Source of the DNA: the human T2T-CHM13v2.0 reference genome, Homo sapiens
Assembly (NCBI RefSeq): GCF_009914755.1
Contig: NC_060925.1
DNA length: 64,000 nucleotides
Strand: one strand, 5' to 3'
Shown: one piece after another, positions 46,341-59,150 of the stretch
Numbering within the stretch: the stretch's first letter is position 1
How the letters are laid out: each line of letters starts with the position of its first letter
Notes under the pieces: generated by a model
What the model was told of the DNA's origin: nothing
The model's input: only the letters and a program-made list of their open reading frames with translations
The model's database searches: none
Made by a program: the position numbers and the translations under genes

Positions 46341-47173
46341 GGCTCTTTCTTTTTCCTGTTTAGAGGATGTATTAAATGATATTCAGGTGGAACAGTCTAT
46401 TCTGAGGATGTTGGCCAACAATATAGGTAAATTCTATAGTGATCTTATGTGGGTACTGTATCTCCTGAGTGCTCCCATAAATCTGTATAAACCTTAACTC
46501 ATATTGCATCATAATTTCTTAGCCTCCCCACTAGCAGAATGTAAGTTTTTTGAGAGAAAAAAATATATCTTGTATGTTCTTGTTTTCCTCATGGTTAGTG
46601 TAGCGTCTTGAACAGAATGAGTTATTCATATATATGGAAGAGACAAATGGACATTTTTTTCACAAAAAGCAATCTACATGTAGATGCAGAACAGAAGTAA
46701 TTTATCTCCTATTTTGATTCTTCATTAATGTCTTACTATATTGCTTATTGACAGGAGAGAATATTTTCATTTCTTCCCATTAAATAAATTTCTTGGGTAT
46801 AAAAATTTAGAAAACCCTAATGAGAAATTGGGTCAGAGACAAAGTCTTGAATTATAATAATATCTTAGATTATAGAAGAAAGACATGATATAAAAAGGAG
46901 AAAAAGAGTTTCACATGTATGCTGAAGTATGTAGCTATAGTTTATTCATTTTTATTACTTCATGCTGATACATACATGAATATGGCATAATTTTTCTATC
47001 TATTCTGTAGTATATTAGCTGAGTAATTTTTGGCTCTTGCCATTTTGCAAATATTGTGTCTAAGGACATCTATGTATGTCTTATGACACACACGTGCAGA
47101 CTAGTCTTTAGGGCATACACATAGGAGTAGAAAAGTTTAACCACAGGGTATGAGAATCTCCAAAATAAATTTA

Positions 47174-47587
<414 letters not shown>

Positions 47588-47811
47588 CTAGCCTTTTAAT
47601 TTTAGCCATTCAAGTGAGTATGTGGTAGTACCTCACTGGGGTTTTAATGTTCATTTTCATGCTTACTAATGAGACCAAGCACCTTTTAAGGTATTTATTG
47701 AACATTTGGATATTCTCTTTTATAAAGGATCTATTTGCATCTCTTAGAAATTTTTCTATTGTCTTTTAATTTATTTTTTGAGAATTTTATTTCTTTTAGA
47801 AATTATTTATA

Positions 47812-48141
47812 CAGCCATATACCACACAATAATGTTTTGGTCAATGACAGACCACAAAGACAATGATGGTTTCACAAGAGTATAAAACGGTATTTCTACT
47901 GTACCTTTTCTATGCTTAGATATGTTTAGATACATAAACACTACTGTGTTAGGACTGCCTACAGTATTCAGTACAGTAACATAATGTACACATTTGTAGC
48001 CTAGGAACATTAGGCTATATCATACAGTCTATGTGCATTGTAGGTTTTTGTAAGTACATTCTGTGATGTTTACACATTGACAAAATCACAAAGTGACACA
48101 TTTCTCAGAATACATCCTTATTGTTAAGTGACGCATGACTG
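47812..48141 (+). mobile_element. MER47A-like Tigger-family non-autonomous DNA transposon
   Basis: TA|CAGCCAT...ATGACTG termini; internal GCCTACAGTATTCAGTACAGTAACAT and TTTGTAGCCTAGGA. Confidence 0.85.
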
Positions 48142-49342
48142 CATATACCAAATGAGGGCCTTTGCCAGTTACATGTTAGAGACTTTTTTATCTTTCTGTG
48201 CATTGCTTTGTTTAATCCTTACATTAGAAAATAAAATGTAAGCACAGAAAATTATTTAAACAAATACATAGCTTAGTGAATCTTTCACGGGCAAAAGCCT
48301 TTGCAGTTACTACCTAGACCAAGGAAAAGAACTTTGCCCATCAGGAGTTTTTCATGTGCCCCTCATCCTGCCCACTCACAGACCCTCCTTCTAAAAGTAA
48401 TTATGATCCTAAATTTCATACTTATCAGTCTCTGAAATTTCTTTATAGCTATATGATTTGGCTTTCTTTTCCACTCTCTCAATAGCGTCTTTTTGATGAA
48501 TAAAATGTCTCAATTTTGATTTAATCAGCCTTTTTCATTTTAGTTAAAAATTTTACATACAGTTTAAACAGTCTTTTCTATCTCAAGTTGGTGAAGATAT
48601 CTTCTTCATTACCTTTTAAAGTTTTATTGCTTCACTTTTCAAATTTAGTTTTCGATTTCCAGAAATTGATTTTTTTTTTCAGATTTTGTTTTTCTCATAT
48701 GGATATGCTATTTTCCTAGCACCAGTTATATTGAAAGTCTATCATTTTCTCACTGTACTGAAATGCTTTACTTGTCATAAAGCAAGTGCCCATATGGGTA
48801 TGAGTCTTTGGGTATTTTCAGCTTCCATTTACTCACTTATTTCTGGCAACTAGCAATCCCCGCCACAGTCACTATATCAGGCACAAGCAGGCTAATTGGT
48901 CCAAATTTAGGTTCAGGATCTTGAGTCTAGACTTGACGTAACATCCTCTGCATCCATAATAAGGGAGTAAATAGTATTTATTTTTGAGACTTTTAGCTTC
49001 CCTAGATTGAATAACCAATTGTCGGGAGTGGAACCAAAGCAAAAGAAAATGCTTGCCACTAAGGAATGGCTGCAGATTGAAGGTAGCAGAGATTTTTGTC
49101 TGCACCTGTATCATGAAAATAATCCCAAAGAAAGAGTGTCATGGTCAGGGGTAAACTTAATCAGTTAATGTGCATAATAAATTTATCCACTATTTCATTT
49201 ATTTCATAACATTCCCATAAGTAACAGAACTCAAAATTACATCAATACTCTTACATCTCTTATCAGAAATGATTTGTCTCATGGGAGGTGCATTTCAGTG
49301 CTTCATAACATTTGCCTAAAAAAAATCCTTAACTTTTACGTC

Positions 49343-49385
<43 letters not shown>

Positions 49386-49652
49386 TGAGATGGAGTTTTG
49401 CTCTTGTCACCTGGGCTGGAGTGCAATGGCATGGTCTCTGCTCACTCTGCCTCCTGGGTTCAAGCTATTCTCCTGCCTCAGCCTCCCGAGTAGCTGGGAT
49501 TACAGGCACCCACCACCATGCCCAGCTAATTTTTGTATTTTTAGTAGAGATGGGGTTTTACCATGTTGGCCAGGCCGGTCTCAAACCCCTGGCCTCAAGT
49601 GATCTGCCCACCTCGGCCTCCCAAAGTGCTGGGATTACAAGCCTGAGCCATG
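49343..49652 (-). mobile_element. AluS SINE with an (AAT)n tail
   Basis: (ATT)n at 49343-49386 followed by an antisense Alu lacking about 10 nt at its 5' end. Confidence 0.9.
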
Positions 49653-50017
49653 GTTGACATCTTTAGATATTTAAAACATCACTCAGTGCAGTGGATTTAT
49701 ATGCTGTTTTTTCCTTCCACACTTTTTACTCAATTCATGAATACTGCAGGACACCCGGAAGTTGATTATCAGAATCTTTTATCTGCAGGGACATTCTTCT
49801 TCTGATACTGGATAGTAGAAGGGTTGGACAGCTTCTCTAACAAGCTAAGTAGATGCCTGTGGCTACTTAGTTCCCAGTCTGTGTCACTTGCTTCTTACAT
49901 CCCAACCTCTGGAACAAGGCAAATGGTACAAGTTTCTCCAGGGGTCACAGGATAAATGCCCCTATTGAATTCTGGGGACATTGAGCCCTTCTTCAAACAA
50001 GCAGCAACAACCCAAGA

Positions 50018-50998
50018 TTATTTTTTCAAGGCAACTGTGTTTCCCATCATTCTTCTAAAAGCATTTTTCATGTCCTTATTCCTCAGGCTGAATATGATGG
50101 GGCTGAGGAAGGGGGTAATGACAGTATAAGGGACTGCTATGAGTGTGTCATCTCCTGAGGCTTCTGGCTTCAAATAAACAATAGATGCAAAACCAAAGTG
50201 GATTATAACCACGGTGAGGTGGGAGGCACAGGTGGTGAAGGCCTTCTGCTTGCCCTCAGCTGAAGGGATCCTGAGGACAGTAGAAATAATGAAGACATCA
50301 GTCAGGATGATGAGCAGAAGGGTACCCAGCAAACCAGACACTGAGATCAGTGTTATAATGAATTCTGTGTGGTTACTGTCTATACAAGACAGCCTAATAA
50401 CTGCCAGCATATGGCAGAAGAAGTGTTTGACAAGGTTGGGTCTGCAGAAAGAGTCCCTGAATATCAGTGCAGTCTCTGTAAGAGAGATAAAGAAGCCTGC
50501 AGTGCAAGCAGAGGCCACAAGTTGTCCACATACAATGTTGGTCATAAGCAGTGGATATCTTAGAGGGTTACAGATGGCCAGGAAGCGGTCATATCCCATC
50601 AAAGTGAGAATGATACAGTTTGTGCCACCAAGTCCCAAGAAGAAGCACATCTGTAAGCTACAACCTGTGACTGAAATGCTTCTGTCCTTGGCCAGTAGAT
50701 CTTCCAGCATCTTGGGGACGATGGTCAGCGTATAGCAGGTCTCAGAGAAGGAGAGTGCACTAAGGAAGAGATACATAGGGGTGTGGAGGGACCTGTCCAC
50801 CCAAGTTAGACCCATGATGATCAGATTACCTGCAAGGGTGAGAAGGTAGAGACAAAAGAAGACCACAAAAAGAAATGTCTGTACATGTGGGTACACAGAA
50901 AAGCCAACAAGAATGAATTCCTTCAGGATTGTCTGGTTGATCTTCATCGTTTGAATGTCTGAAATTTGAAAGAAACAACAATAAACATTCAACACCAT
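50018..50998 (-). CDS. OR10X1: Olfactory receptor 10X1 (326 aa longest ORF; probably 309 aa from Met18 at 50947)
   Basis: GNLII, LHTPMYLFL, MGYDRFLAIC, KAFTTCASHL and PFLSPIIFSLRN motifs; open frame; protein recognised. Confidence 0.93.
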   Translation of the reverse strand: MVLNVYCCFFQISDIQTMKINQTILKEFILVGFSVYPHVQTFLFVVFFCLYLLTLAGNLIIMGLTWVDRSLHTPMYLFLSALSFSETCYTLTIVPKMLEDLLAKDRSISVTGCSLQMCFFLGLGGTNCIILTLMGYDRFLAICNPLRYPLLMTNIVCGQLVASACTAGFFISLTETALIFRDSFCRPNLVKHFFCHMLAVIRLSCIDSNHTEFIITLISVSGLLGTLLLIILTDVFIISTVLRIPSAEGKQKAFTTCASHLTVVIIHFGFASIVYLKPEASGDDTLIAVPYTVITPFLSPIIFSLRNKDMKNAFRRMMGNTVALKK

Positions 50999-53471
50999 TA
51001 TCTTTTGATACCATCAAAGGAAAATTGTGATGACTAAGATAAATCATCAGAATTACAATTACCAACTGCTTTTTCTTGTAGTTTAGCAAAACTATGTATA
51101 TGTAGGTAATGTGTTTTTCTCATTTTTCATCCATTCATTTTTTCCTTTATTCAGCAGCTAATTAGTGATGACTTAGTATATGACATCACTATGTATATGA
51201 CAAGAAGGCTTGCTCTGGCCTATTTTTAAAAGGATTTTATGAGCATGTGGTATAATATGGGAGGAAACACTCCAGTTGATGCTCAGATAAAGGAGGTTCA
51301 GATGCATTAGGTGAGCTTTATTTGGATGAGCTTCTGAACACAGAGAAAACTTTTAAGTGGCTAATAGAGTCAGGGTCCAACACAGAAACTTCCACACAAT
51401 GTATGGTCTATAAATATTTACTGCGTAAATATCAAGAATTGATTTCCAAGTAATTTTAGGACAAAACTTGGACAATCACTTGCAATTGTTGGAGAAGCCC
51501 AAAGTCATTAACCCTTCTTGGAGAATATATTTAGGTCCTAGAATTTTAAAAGAAAGTTAAAAAAACATGTGTCATTATTTCTGCTCTGAGAAGAGGGAAA
51601 GAAGAAAGATAGGGTAGCCTAGGACTCTTAGGATTAATAGTAATTAATTAAATCTGTGGATGGTTTTGATAAGCAGACTATACAAGCATAGTGCAGGTGG
51701 CAATTGAGATTGTGTCTATTTTGTTAATTCCCAGCTCAGCATTCAAAGAAAATAAGTGGCATTTAATAATTGTATAAATTTTTCAATAATGCTACATCTG
51801 ATTTAATCTCATAGTCCTCTGATTTCTATAGCATGTTGTTAGTCCCTATATTTAACACATTGTTTCAGCCCTGTAGTATATTGAGCTACTGTTTTCCCTG
51901 CCCCATATGTCAACATATTTAATAACTAGCATTTGTGGGGTTTATATTTTTCCAAATTATTTCAAATGTTTATTGATTTTACTCTTCACAGCATAAATAT
52001 AAAGTGAATGGGACGGTTGCGAAATGGGTAGGACAAGTGTGATTACTTATTTTAGAAATAAAATTATGTCTTGGAAGTGGCATATTTGTGACTAGAAGCA
52101 AAGAGATTTGACTTGAATTGTATACTCTTTTCATTTATCAATGCTTAGTGCTTCAAGAAAGAGACCATAAGTCTTATATTTTTGTATTTTTCAGAGTAAT
52201 AATATGGAGCACTTTAAGAAGGTAATAATTCCTGGTGAATGTTAGATGGATGAGTTAATCATCAAAAAAGTGCTTAGTATATAAATGATTTTTGTTTTCC
52301 TTTGTTATTCAGCACTGTATAGCATTTGATTTTTGAGCATGGAGGTTAACAGACTTTCCACTCTAATTAGGTTTTGTTTAGGCTAAGATTAAGCATTCTC
52401 ATGGCAGAGTCTAACTTATCACTGACAGTCAGAAGACACAGTAGAAAAAAGGTCTGAATTATAAGTGGTTCCTAAAATAATCCACAACCCTTTGGACTCT
52501 ACTTTAAAGGTCCCTTTGGTTCTTTGTCTTCTTAGACCTTACAAGATTCTTACTCTCTGACAGTCATACATGAATCACATGACTTAATCTTTTCTTATCT
52601 CCTATCAACTCTTTCTCCATTCTGTTTCCCTTTCACTTACTGTATCTACTCTTCTTAGTGAGCAGTCATTTCCCAATAAGAAGACCATTTTTCTGTTCTC
52701 TTACCTAAGGGAATATTATAGAGGACCATGTCTATTATAACCCGGGGCTTCCTCTTGAGGCCTTTTGGTGTGAGCCTCTTTAGTAACCACATTCAGTACG
52801 AGTATCTTTGGTTTCCAAATCTACTTGCAGATGATTGTTCCACTTTTCTCTATGATCAGCTTTCTGCTACATTTCAACTGTTCAGAGGCATCTTTTTCCT
52901 TCCAGAAGTATTAGGCTTCAATAGGTTCCTTCTGCTTATTCCTAAGCCACTGCAAAAAATTCCTCCTATCAGTAGAGCACTTCATACACCAATGCTCCCA
53001 AGCACTCTTGACCCTTCACAGTAACTCTGTAAGAAAGGAAATTATGTGGATTCTACAACTAAAGGATTAAATATAGCAAAGGGTAAATATGAAATAGATT
53101 AGCAAAACAATAAGTTATTTTAGTACTTGATGGCCTTGGTACAAAACCCAAGCTTTTTCTAACATACTACCAGAAAAAAAACAGTCTGATTTTACACGTG
53201 TTCTACCTCTTCCAACACAGCCCTGGGATTTGAGGCAGGGACTAGGGGGCAGCGAGGGGGTTGGAGGAGGTGCTGTTTTTAAAGTCACCATTAAATTCAT
53301 AAGCTTTTTGAAAATGCAAATAATCACCAATACAAATTCCAAGATAGGTCTTTTCTTATCTAGTCCTTACTTGACTGTGTGCTAAATATTTCCTTGGTGA
53401 ATCATCAGCAGTAGAGTATAAATGTCAGAATCTCCACTTCTGGTATATTCTAAATGTGTGCGTGATTTTGT

Positions 53472-53663
53472 ATGTGTGTGTGTGTGTGTTGTGAGGATAT
53501 TATGTCCCACCCTACCTCATCTATCTCTGAAGTTGTCCCTAAATCCACCTGTGTCAAATTTAATTTGGGTTATGAATCCACTGACATATATATATGTCAT
53601 ATATGACATATACGTGACATATATATATACACACGCACACACACTCGCACATACACACACACA
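53472..53663. repeat. (TG)n, (TA)-rich palindromic and (CA)n low-complexity cluster
   Basis: Directly visible at 53472-53489 and 53582-53663. Confidence 0.85.
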
Positions 53664-54477
53664 CTTTCCAAAGAGAAATGGTGATATGGAAAAGATATGT
53701 AATGTTATCCCAATGACCGTTTCTTTTTGTAGTGACAATTAGTTATGAGGAGAAGAGAGTAAAACCGTCTAAAATAGTTTCCTACCTTGTTTATTTTATC
53801 AGGCTCCAAAGCCAATTAATTCACTGTCACGATTATATTCTTCCAAAAGATAATCTTCACAATATTGCTGGAAGCATACTTTTTTTCACCACTCAAAAGA
53901 GACTGAGATTGATTTAATATGAAAAACACTGGTGCTAGCTTAGTGACATTGGGAAAGCTGCTGTATCTTCTAGATTTGAATTTCTCCAGATGGGAAGTAA
54001 GAAAAAAGATCCTGAGTTTATGCAAGCTTTAATATTCTATGTCTTTAGAGTTCTGTGACATGAGTTGTGAGGTTAGGCCATATGTGATGTGATCAACCCC
54101 CACAGCCCACTAAATTACAATGGTTTAGAACCTTCCTTTCTACTGATTTAGAGATATAGTTTGATTATTATGAGTGCTTGAGATTCCTGAGCTCTAGAGG
54201 TTTGGTTTTGGTTAGGAGATCCTAAGGGATTCCTCTCTCTTTCATCAGAGAAAGCAGATAACTTCCCCACCCAACTTTGTAATTTGCTCTCATTAGTTAC
54301 AGTGCTTTGTGTAACATGTGACTTTTTAAACTCTTTTGGGAGTCTCTGGAGATTTTAAACTTGCAGAGTTTATATCCTGCCCATAAACAATGCTTTCTGC
54401 TACTTTATAAGTTTTGTTTTGGCAGGGAGGGTGAATAAAATTTGCAACCCTAATGCTTATTCGATTCATTCTTTCAG

Positions 54478-54944
54478 TGTCAAAAATGCTCACCTAGACC
54501 AGACTTTAGTCACACTCCTTTAAGCTCTCTTCTCAACTGGGCTTCAAATTATCCATCCTTGTTGAGTCTGTACCACCTAGTTGTAGCAAGAACATTGCTA
54601 AGTCAGTTTGGAGAGAATCCCTTACCCTTGATATTCAGTCACCTCAACATCTAATAAAATTCCTCATCCTCCACCATCCTCTGGGTAATATCTAATCATC
54701 CTGGCCTGTCTTCAGCAATTGTCCTGTTACATCAGTTCAGTGAGAATTCCTCCTTACTCCTGATGTGGAGTCCTATTCACTGACTCCACTACCCATCCTT
54801 TGGCTATGGATCCCCAGTTTTCCACAGTGTATTCAAAATTGAGCCCAGTATTAAATGGACGTCTGTTTTTCTCTATTGCGATAGCTCCTGAATAAAATAT
54901 ATTTTGCTATCTTAACTACTGCGTAGTTCTGGATTTCATTGACA
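54478..54944 (+). mobile_element. MER31/MER67-like ERV1 solo LTR
   Basis: TGTCAA...TTGACA termini; ACTTTAGTCA, GCTAAGTCAGTTT..AGAGAATCCC; AATAAA near the 3' end. Confidence 0.78.
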
Positions 54945-55275
54945 CCACTCACCACAAATATATTCACTATTTCCCTTTCATCACTGACTCCCTTTCTGGG
55001 TACTTAAGAAAGATCTACAGTGTGTAAAAGACTGCTCCAAGCATTGCAGGAGAACTCAGAAAAATACAAGCAATGATATCTTCTTACAAGAGGTTTATAC
55101 TTCTTTGGAGGAAAGAAGGTTGTGCCCATGAAAAGTGTATTGTAGTAAGCAGCACTGTAGTAAGCTGAGAACTACAACAATGATTAGATGAGGTAAGATA
55201 AAAGCAACTGGACCAGGTTGTCAGAAAGACGTATAGAGTAGGGGTGTTAGGAAAGACTTCTAAAAATAAGCAGCA

Positions 55276-55421
55276 AGTCAGTGGTGTTTGCTCATGCCTG
55301 TAATCCCAGTGACTCAGGAGGCTAAGACAGGGAGGATTGCCTTAGACCAGGAGTTTGATACAAGCCTGGATAAACATAGCGAGATCCCATCTCTAAAAAT
55401 AAATAAAATAATAAATAAAAT
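55276..55421 (+). mobile_element. FLAM_C-like Alu monomer
   Basis: GCTCATGCCTGTAATCCCAG...CCAGGAGTTTGATACAAGCCTGG...ATCTCTAAAAATAAATAAA. Confidence 0.82.
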
Positions 55422-55489
55422 AGAGTTGAAATTCCGGTTTCCGTTGTACTGTAGGTTGTACTATCTTGTAGCAGTTCAGTACAAAGATA

Positions 55490-56700
55490 TAATTAGATGG
55501 GAAATAAGTACTTGAAAAGATACTCAGCCTTATCATTTATTAGACAATACAAATTAAAAACACAAGATGATTCTACTACATAAGTGTTCAAATACTTAAG
55601 AAAAAAAGATTGACCATACCAGTATTGGTGAGGATTTGAAAGAACTGTAACTCATACACTATTCTTAGAGATGTGTAAGTGATAAAATAGTCCGGAATTT
55701 TGAAAAATAATTTGTCAATCTCTTGAAAAGTTTAATCTATTCAGGTTCCCAGACAAGATGATGTATATTCACTATTTTTCTGTCCTTCTGTAAATACAAC
55801 CAAATAACCTGGAAAGAATTCAATAAACAATCATAAAATGACTCTAAAAGGTGAAAAAGAAAGAGAAGGTGGACTGACCACATACCTCAGGACTTGAAGA
55901 ACACCACAGTAAGCTCCCTAGGATTTATTTTATCTCTCATTTATTTTATGTTTCATCCCAGACTGGGATGTGGAAAGCCCTACAGCTCAAAACCTTGAAC
56001 TGGCAACAGGCATAGACAAAAACAAAGAGAGGAAAGGTAAAGTCCATTGTCTTTGGTCAAAGGAAAAGAAAAAGGAAGCCCAACAGAGGCTTCATAGGGA
56101 GACTCATAACCAATGGCAATGAGAACTCTAATCTGTTCATAGCTGCAATACCAAGAAAGCTTGAATCCTAATTCAATCTCCATCTTGCACCAGCTATTTA
56201 GACCTCATCTGCTCATAGTTGCATGGCCAGCAGTGCCTAGAAGAGCAATCTATCCTCTGCCTCACACAAGCTGACAGTAGCAGGATGATCATTGCCAGAA
56301 AAACCTGGGAAGCTCAACTTGTCTCTTGGCCCAGTGTTGATAGGTGGTGAGCTCTTTGGCTCCAGAGTCTATGTCAACAAGGCCTGGGATGGTTTCCAGA
56401 ACCTATACACTAAGCCTAAATATGGAGACCTTACCATAATATTAAATATGCCAAGATTCAACTGAAAATCATCCCTGATACCAAGAACCAATAAAATCTC
56501 AATTAAGCGAGAAAAGACAACCATTTGATGCCAGTACCAAGTGAACCAGATAGTAGAATTGAAAATGATTTTAAAGTAGCCTCCATAAGATGGATTCAAT
56601 AAGTAATTACAAATTTCCTTGAAACATTAAAAAAATAAAAAGTATAAAAGCAATAACAAAATCGGATTACAGAAATGAAAAATATAATAAGTAATATCTC
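55490..56700 (+). mobile_element. Old L1M fragments (3' piece, then 5' UTR/ORF1 start)
   Basis: CAGTATTGGTGAGGAT L1M motif, followed by an L1M 5'-like region ending GAAATGAAAAATATAATAAGT. Confidence 0.6.
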
Positions 56701-56907
56701 AATTTATTTCAGATCTGCTTGGGAAGTTCCCTTTATATTGGGGACTGCTAAATATTTATTTACATATGGAGATAAATACCTATCTATCATATATTATATA
56801 TATGACTGTTTTAACTTAGCTCATTTAAAAAAATTTATTCAACACAATTTAAATGCAACAGTAATTTGTTGTTTTACATCTTCCATTAAAATATATCTTA
56901 TTTTTCT

Positions 56908-57111
56908 TTTTGAACATTTCTAATACACACACACACACACGTATATATATAATGTGTATATATCTTTGGTTGACTGCCTTATACCTTTACTTACACTTTT
57001 CAACATTTACTTATAGTTTTGAACATTTCTAATACACACACACACACACACGTTATATATATGTATATATATATATGTATGTGTATACCTCTTTGGTTGA
57101 CTGCCTTATAC
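56908..57111. repeat. Two-copy direct duplication containing CA/TA microsatellites
   Basis: TTTTGAACATTTCTAATAC(AC)n...TCTTTGGTTGACTGCCTTATAC at 56908-56984 and 57017-57111. Confidence 0.92.
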
Positions 57112-57978
57112 TTCTCTATAACAAAATATTCATTTGTTGATTGTAAAATAAGTTTTTATTATACATTATATAAAAGAGAAAGTGTTATTAAATGTGATAG
57201 TTAAAATTTTAAAGTACAATTATCCCTGAATAAAAACACTGCTTTAAAATTACTTCATATATCCATGACTAGCATTTATTTTTATAAAAACAAAACAGAC
57301 CAGAATCAATTTCATTGCAAAATGTTTTATTTTTACAAATAGAAACACTGGAAATTCTTATTTATGGTAACATGAAGAAAGTCATTAAAGGAGCTTTAAT
57401 GAATTTATTTTTTAATAGTAATGCTACTTGATTCTTTGAATTCCATCCAAGTTATATACCATTCATAGATTAATGATCTATCACATAAAGTTCAATTCAA
57501 TGATTTAATTAGAGGATAATTTATCAGTTCCTTTTTCTATGTTCCCAAAATAATAAGGACTCTACTTGACCTGTACAAAAAGGTATTCACTGTTTTTCAT
57601 TAACATTCAATTTTCTTTCAGTTTCTGAGTAATTCATCATAAGTTTTCCAGTTATTATCAAATGATTGTTAGGTATGATTGTTCAGCTCTTTCTTCTGAA
57701 CACTTTGTTTAATGTTTTATGTCCAGAAGTTTGGGAGAAATGAAAATACTGTTGATTTCAATCACCTTGGTTCATAGATATTTTGGTAAAATCCTTTTAG
57801 CCTACAATATGCTCTAGCTATTTTATACTCTTCTATTCACCCCATCTCCCACAGAGGTGTTTGTGGAGACCATGTAGGAACCTGGGATTTCCACCGTCAC
57901 TTGGAAGAAGCAAGGCACTCTGTGGTGTCAAAGACACTTACTGCAGAGCCAGGACTTTCACCACTTCCCAGAGGTAAT

Positions 57979-58559
57979 AAAAATGAAGTAGAGGTTCCTC
58001 TTCAAAGGGACTTTTCTCCCAGTCAAATTGAGAATAAATAGTAACCTCTCTGAGAAGCAAAATTTACTCAAATACCTGTGCTAATATTCTTAAATATCTG
58101 CTAGCCATAATAAAGAAATCAATATACTTTGTGTTTTTAGATCCTACATTTTAGCCTAAGATATCTGCTCTGGCATGCCTAAACAGGTCCAAGTAAGCAT
58201 TAGGGCATAGCCTGCTCCTCTTCCTTATTTGGAGGTGTTTTTGCCTTTCTCAGCATTCCACAAATTACTTCCTCTATTCCTTTGTTCTCCTCTGCTTTCA
58301 CCTCTTTTGGAAAGTTCTAAGTTGCTAGTCAGTTGGGACAAGGATAGAATGTGAGGTCTTGTTCCAGCTGATGGAAACTGGACACAACCGTAGGGTGGAT
58401 GCATCAGGTTATAAATGACCCTGTCTCCTTTTTTCATGTGTGCTCTTGTGGCAAGGCTGCTAGCAAGTGGCACCCTTTCTGCAGAAAGTAAATTAGCCTT
58501 GCTGAGAGATCCTTTGTCTCAGTGTCAATTCTTGTGACACCGAATGCCCATTCCCAACA
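57979..58559 (+). mobile_element. LTR10-family-like ERV1 solo LTR
   Basis: GTAGAGGTTCCTCTTCAAAG...AGAAGCAAAATTTA...GCCTTGCTGAGAGATCCTTTGTCTCAGTG...CCCAACA. The 5' boundary is imprecise. Confidence 0.7.
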
Positions 58560-58823
58560 TAATCCTCAGTGATGTCAGTGGAGGCTAAGGGAGCCCTAAA
58601 GGGGCACCCCTTCAGAATGGTCAAGGCAGGGTAAGCAAAAGAGAGTGGGGAGCTGGAAATCCTACCCAGCCCAGCAGTAAGGAGGATTCTCTTGCTGTCC
58701 CTGAAGTCGACAGAGGCTGAATGGAGAATCTGGACTTCCAGCCTAACTAGTAGTAAACGTCAGCACTCCCACTTTCCCCTGTTGCAGCAGTGTTAGAAGA
58801 AGCCAGGTAAAACAGAAGGTTTA

Positions 58824-59150
58824 GGCCGGGCGTGGTAGCTCACACCTGTAATCCCAGCACTTTGGCAGGCTGAGACAGGCGGATCATGAGGTCAGGAGAT
58901 CGAGACCATCCTGGCTAACACGGTGAAACCCTGTCTCTACTAAAAATACAAAAAAAAAAAAAATTAGCCAGGAATAGTGGCAGGTGCCTGTAGTCCCAGC
59001 TACTTGGGAAGCTGAGGCAGGAGATGGCGTGAACCCGGGAGGCAGAGGTTGCAGTGAGCTGAGATCGTGCCACTGCACTCCAGCCTGGGAGACTGAGTGA
59101 GACTGTCTCCAAAAAATACTAAAAACAACAACAACAACAACAACAACAAA
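58824..59150 (+). mobile_element. AluY/Sc-like SINE with a (CAA)n tail
   Basis: Full dimer; TSD CAGAAGGTTTA on both sides. Confidence 0.94.

Noticed and set aside
50214-50735. 173-aa plus-strand ORF, and similar ORFs overlapping OR6Y1 and OR6P1
   Set aside because: Antisense or off-frame shadows of OR coding sequence, with no independent evidence.
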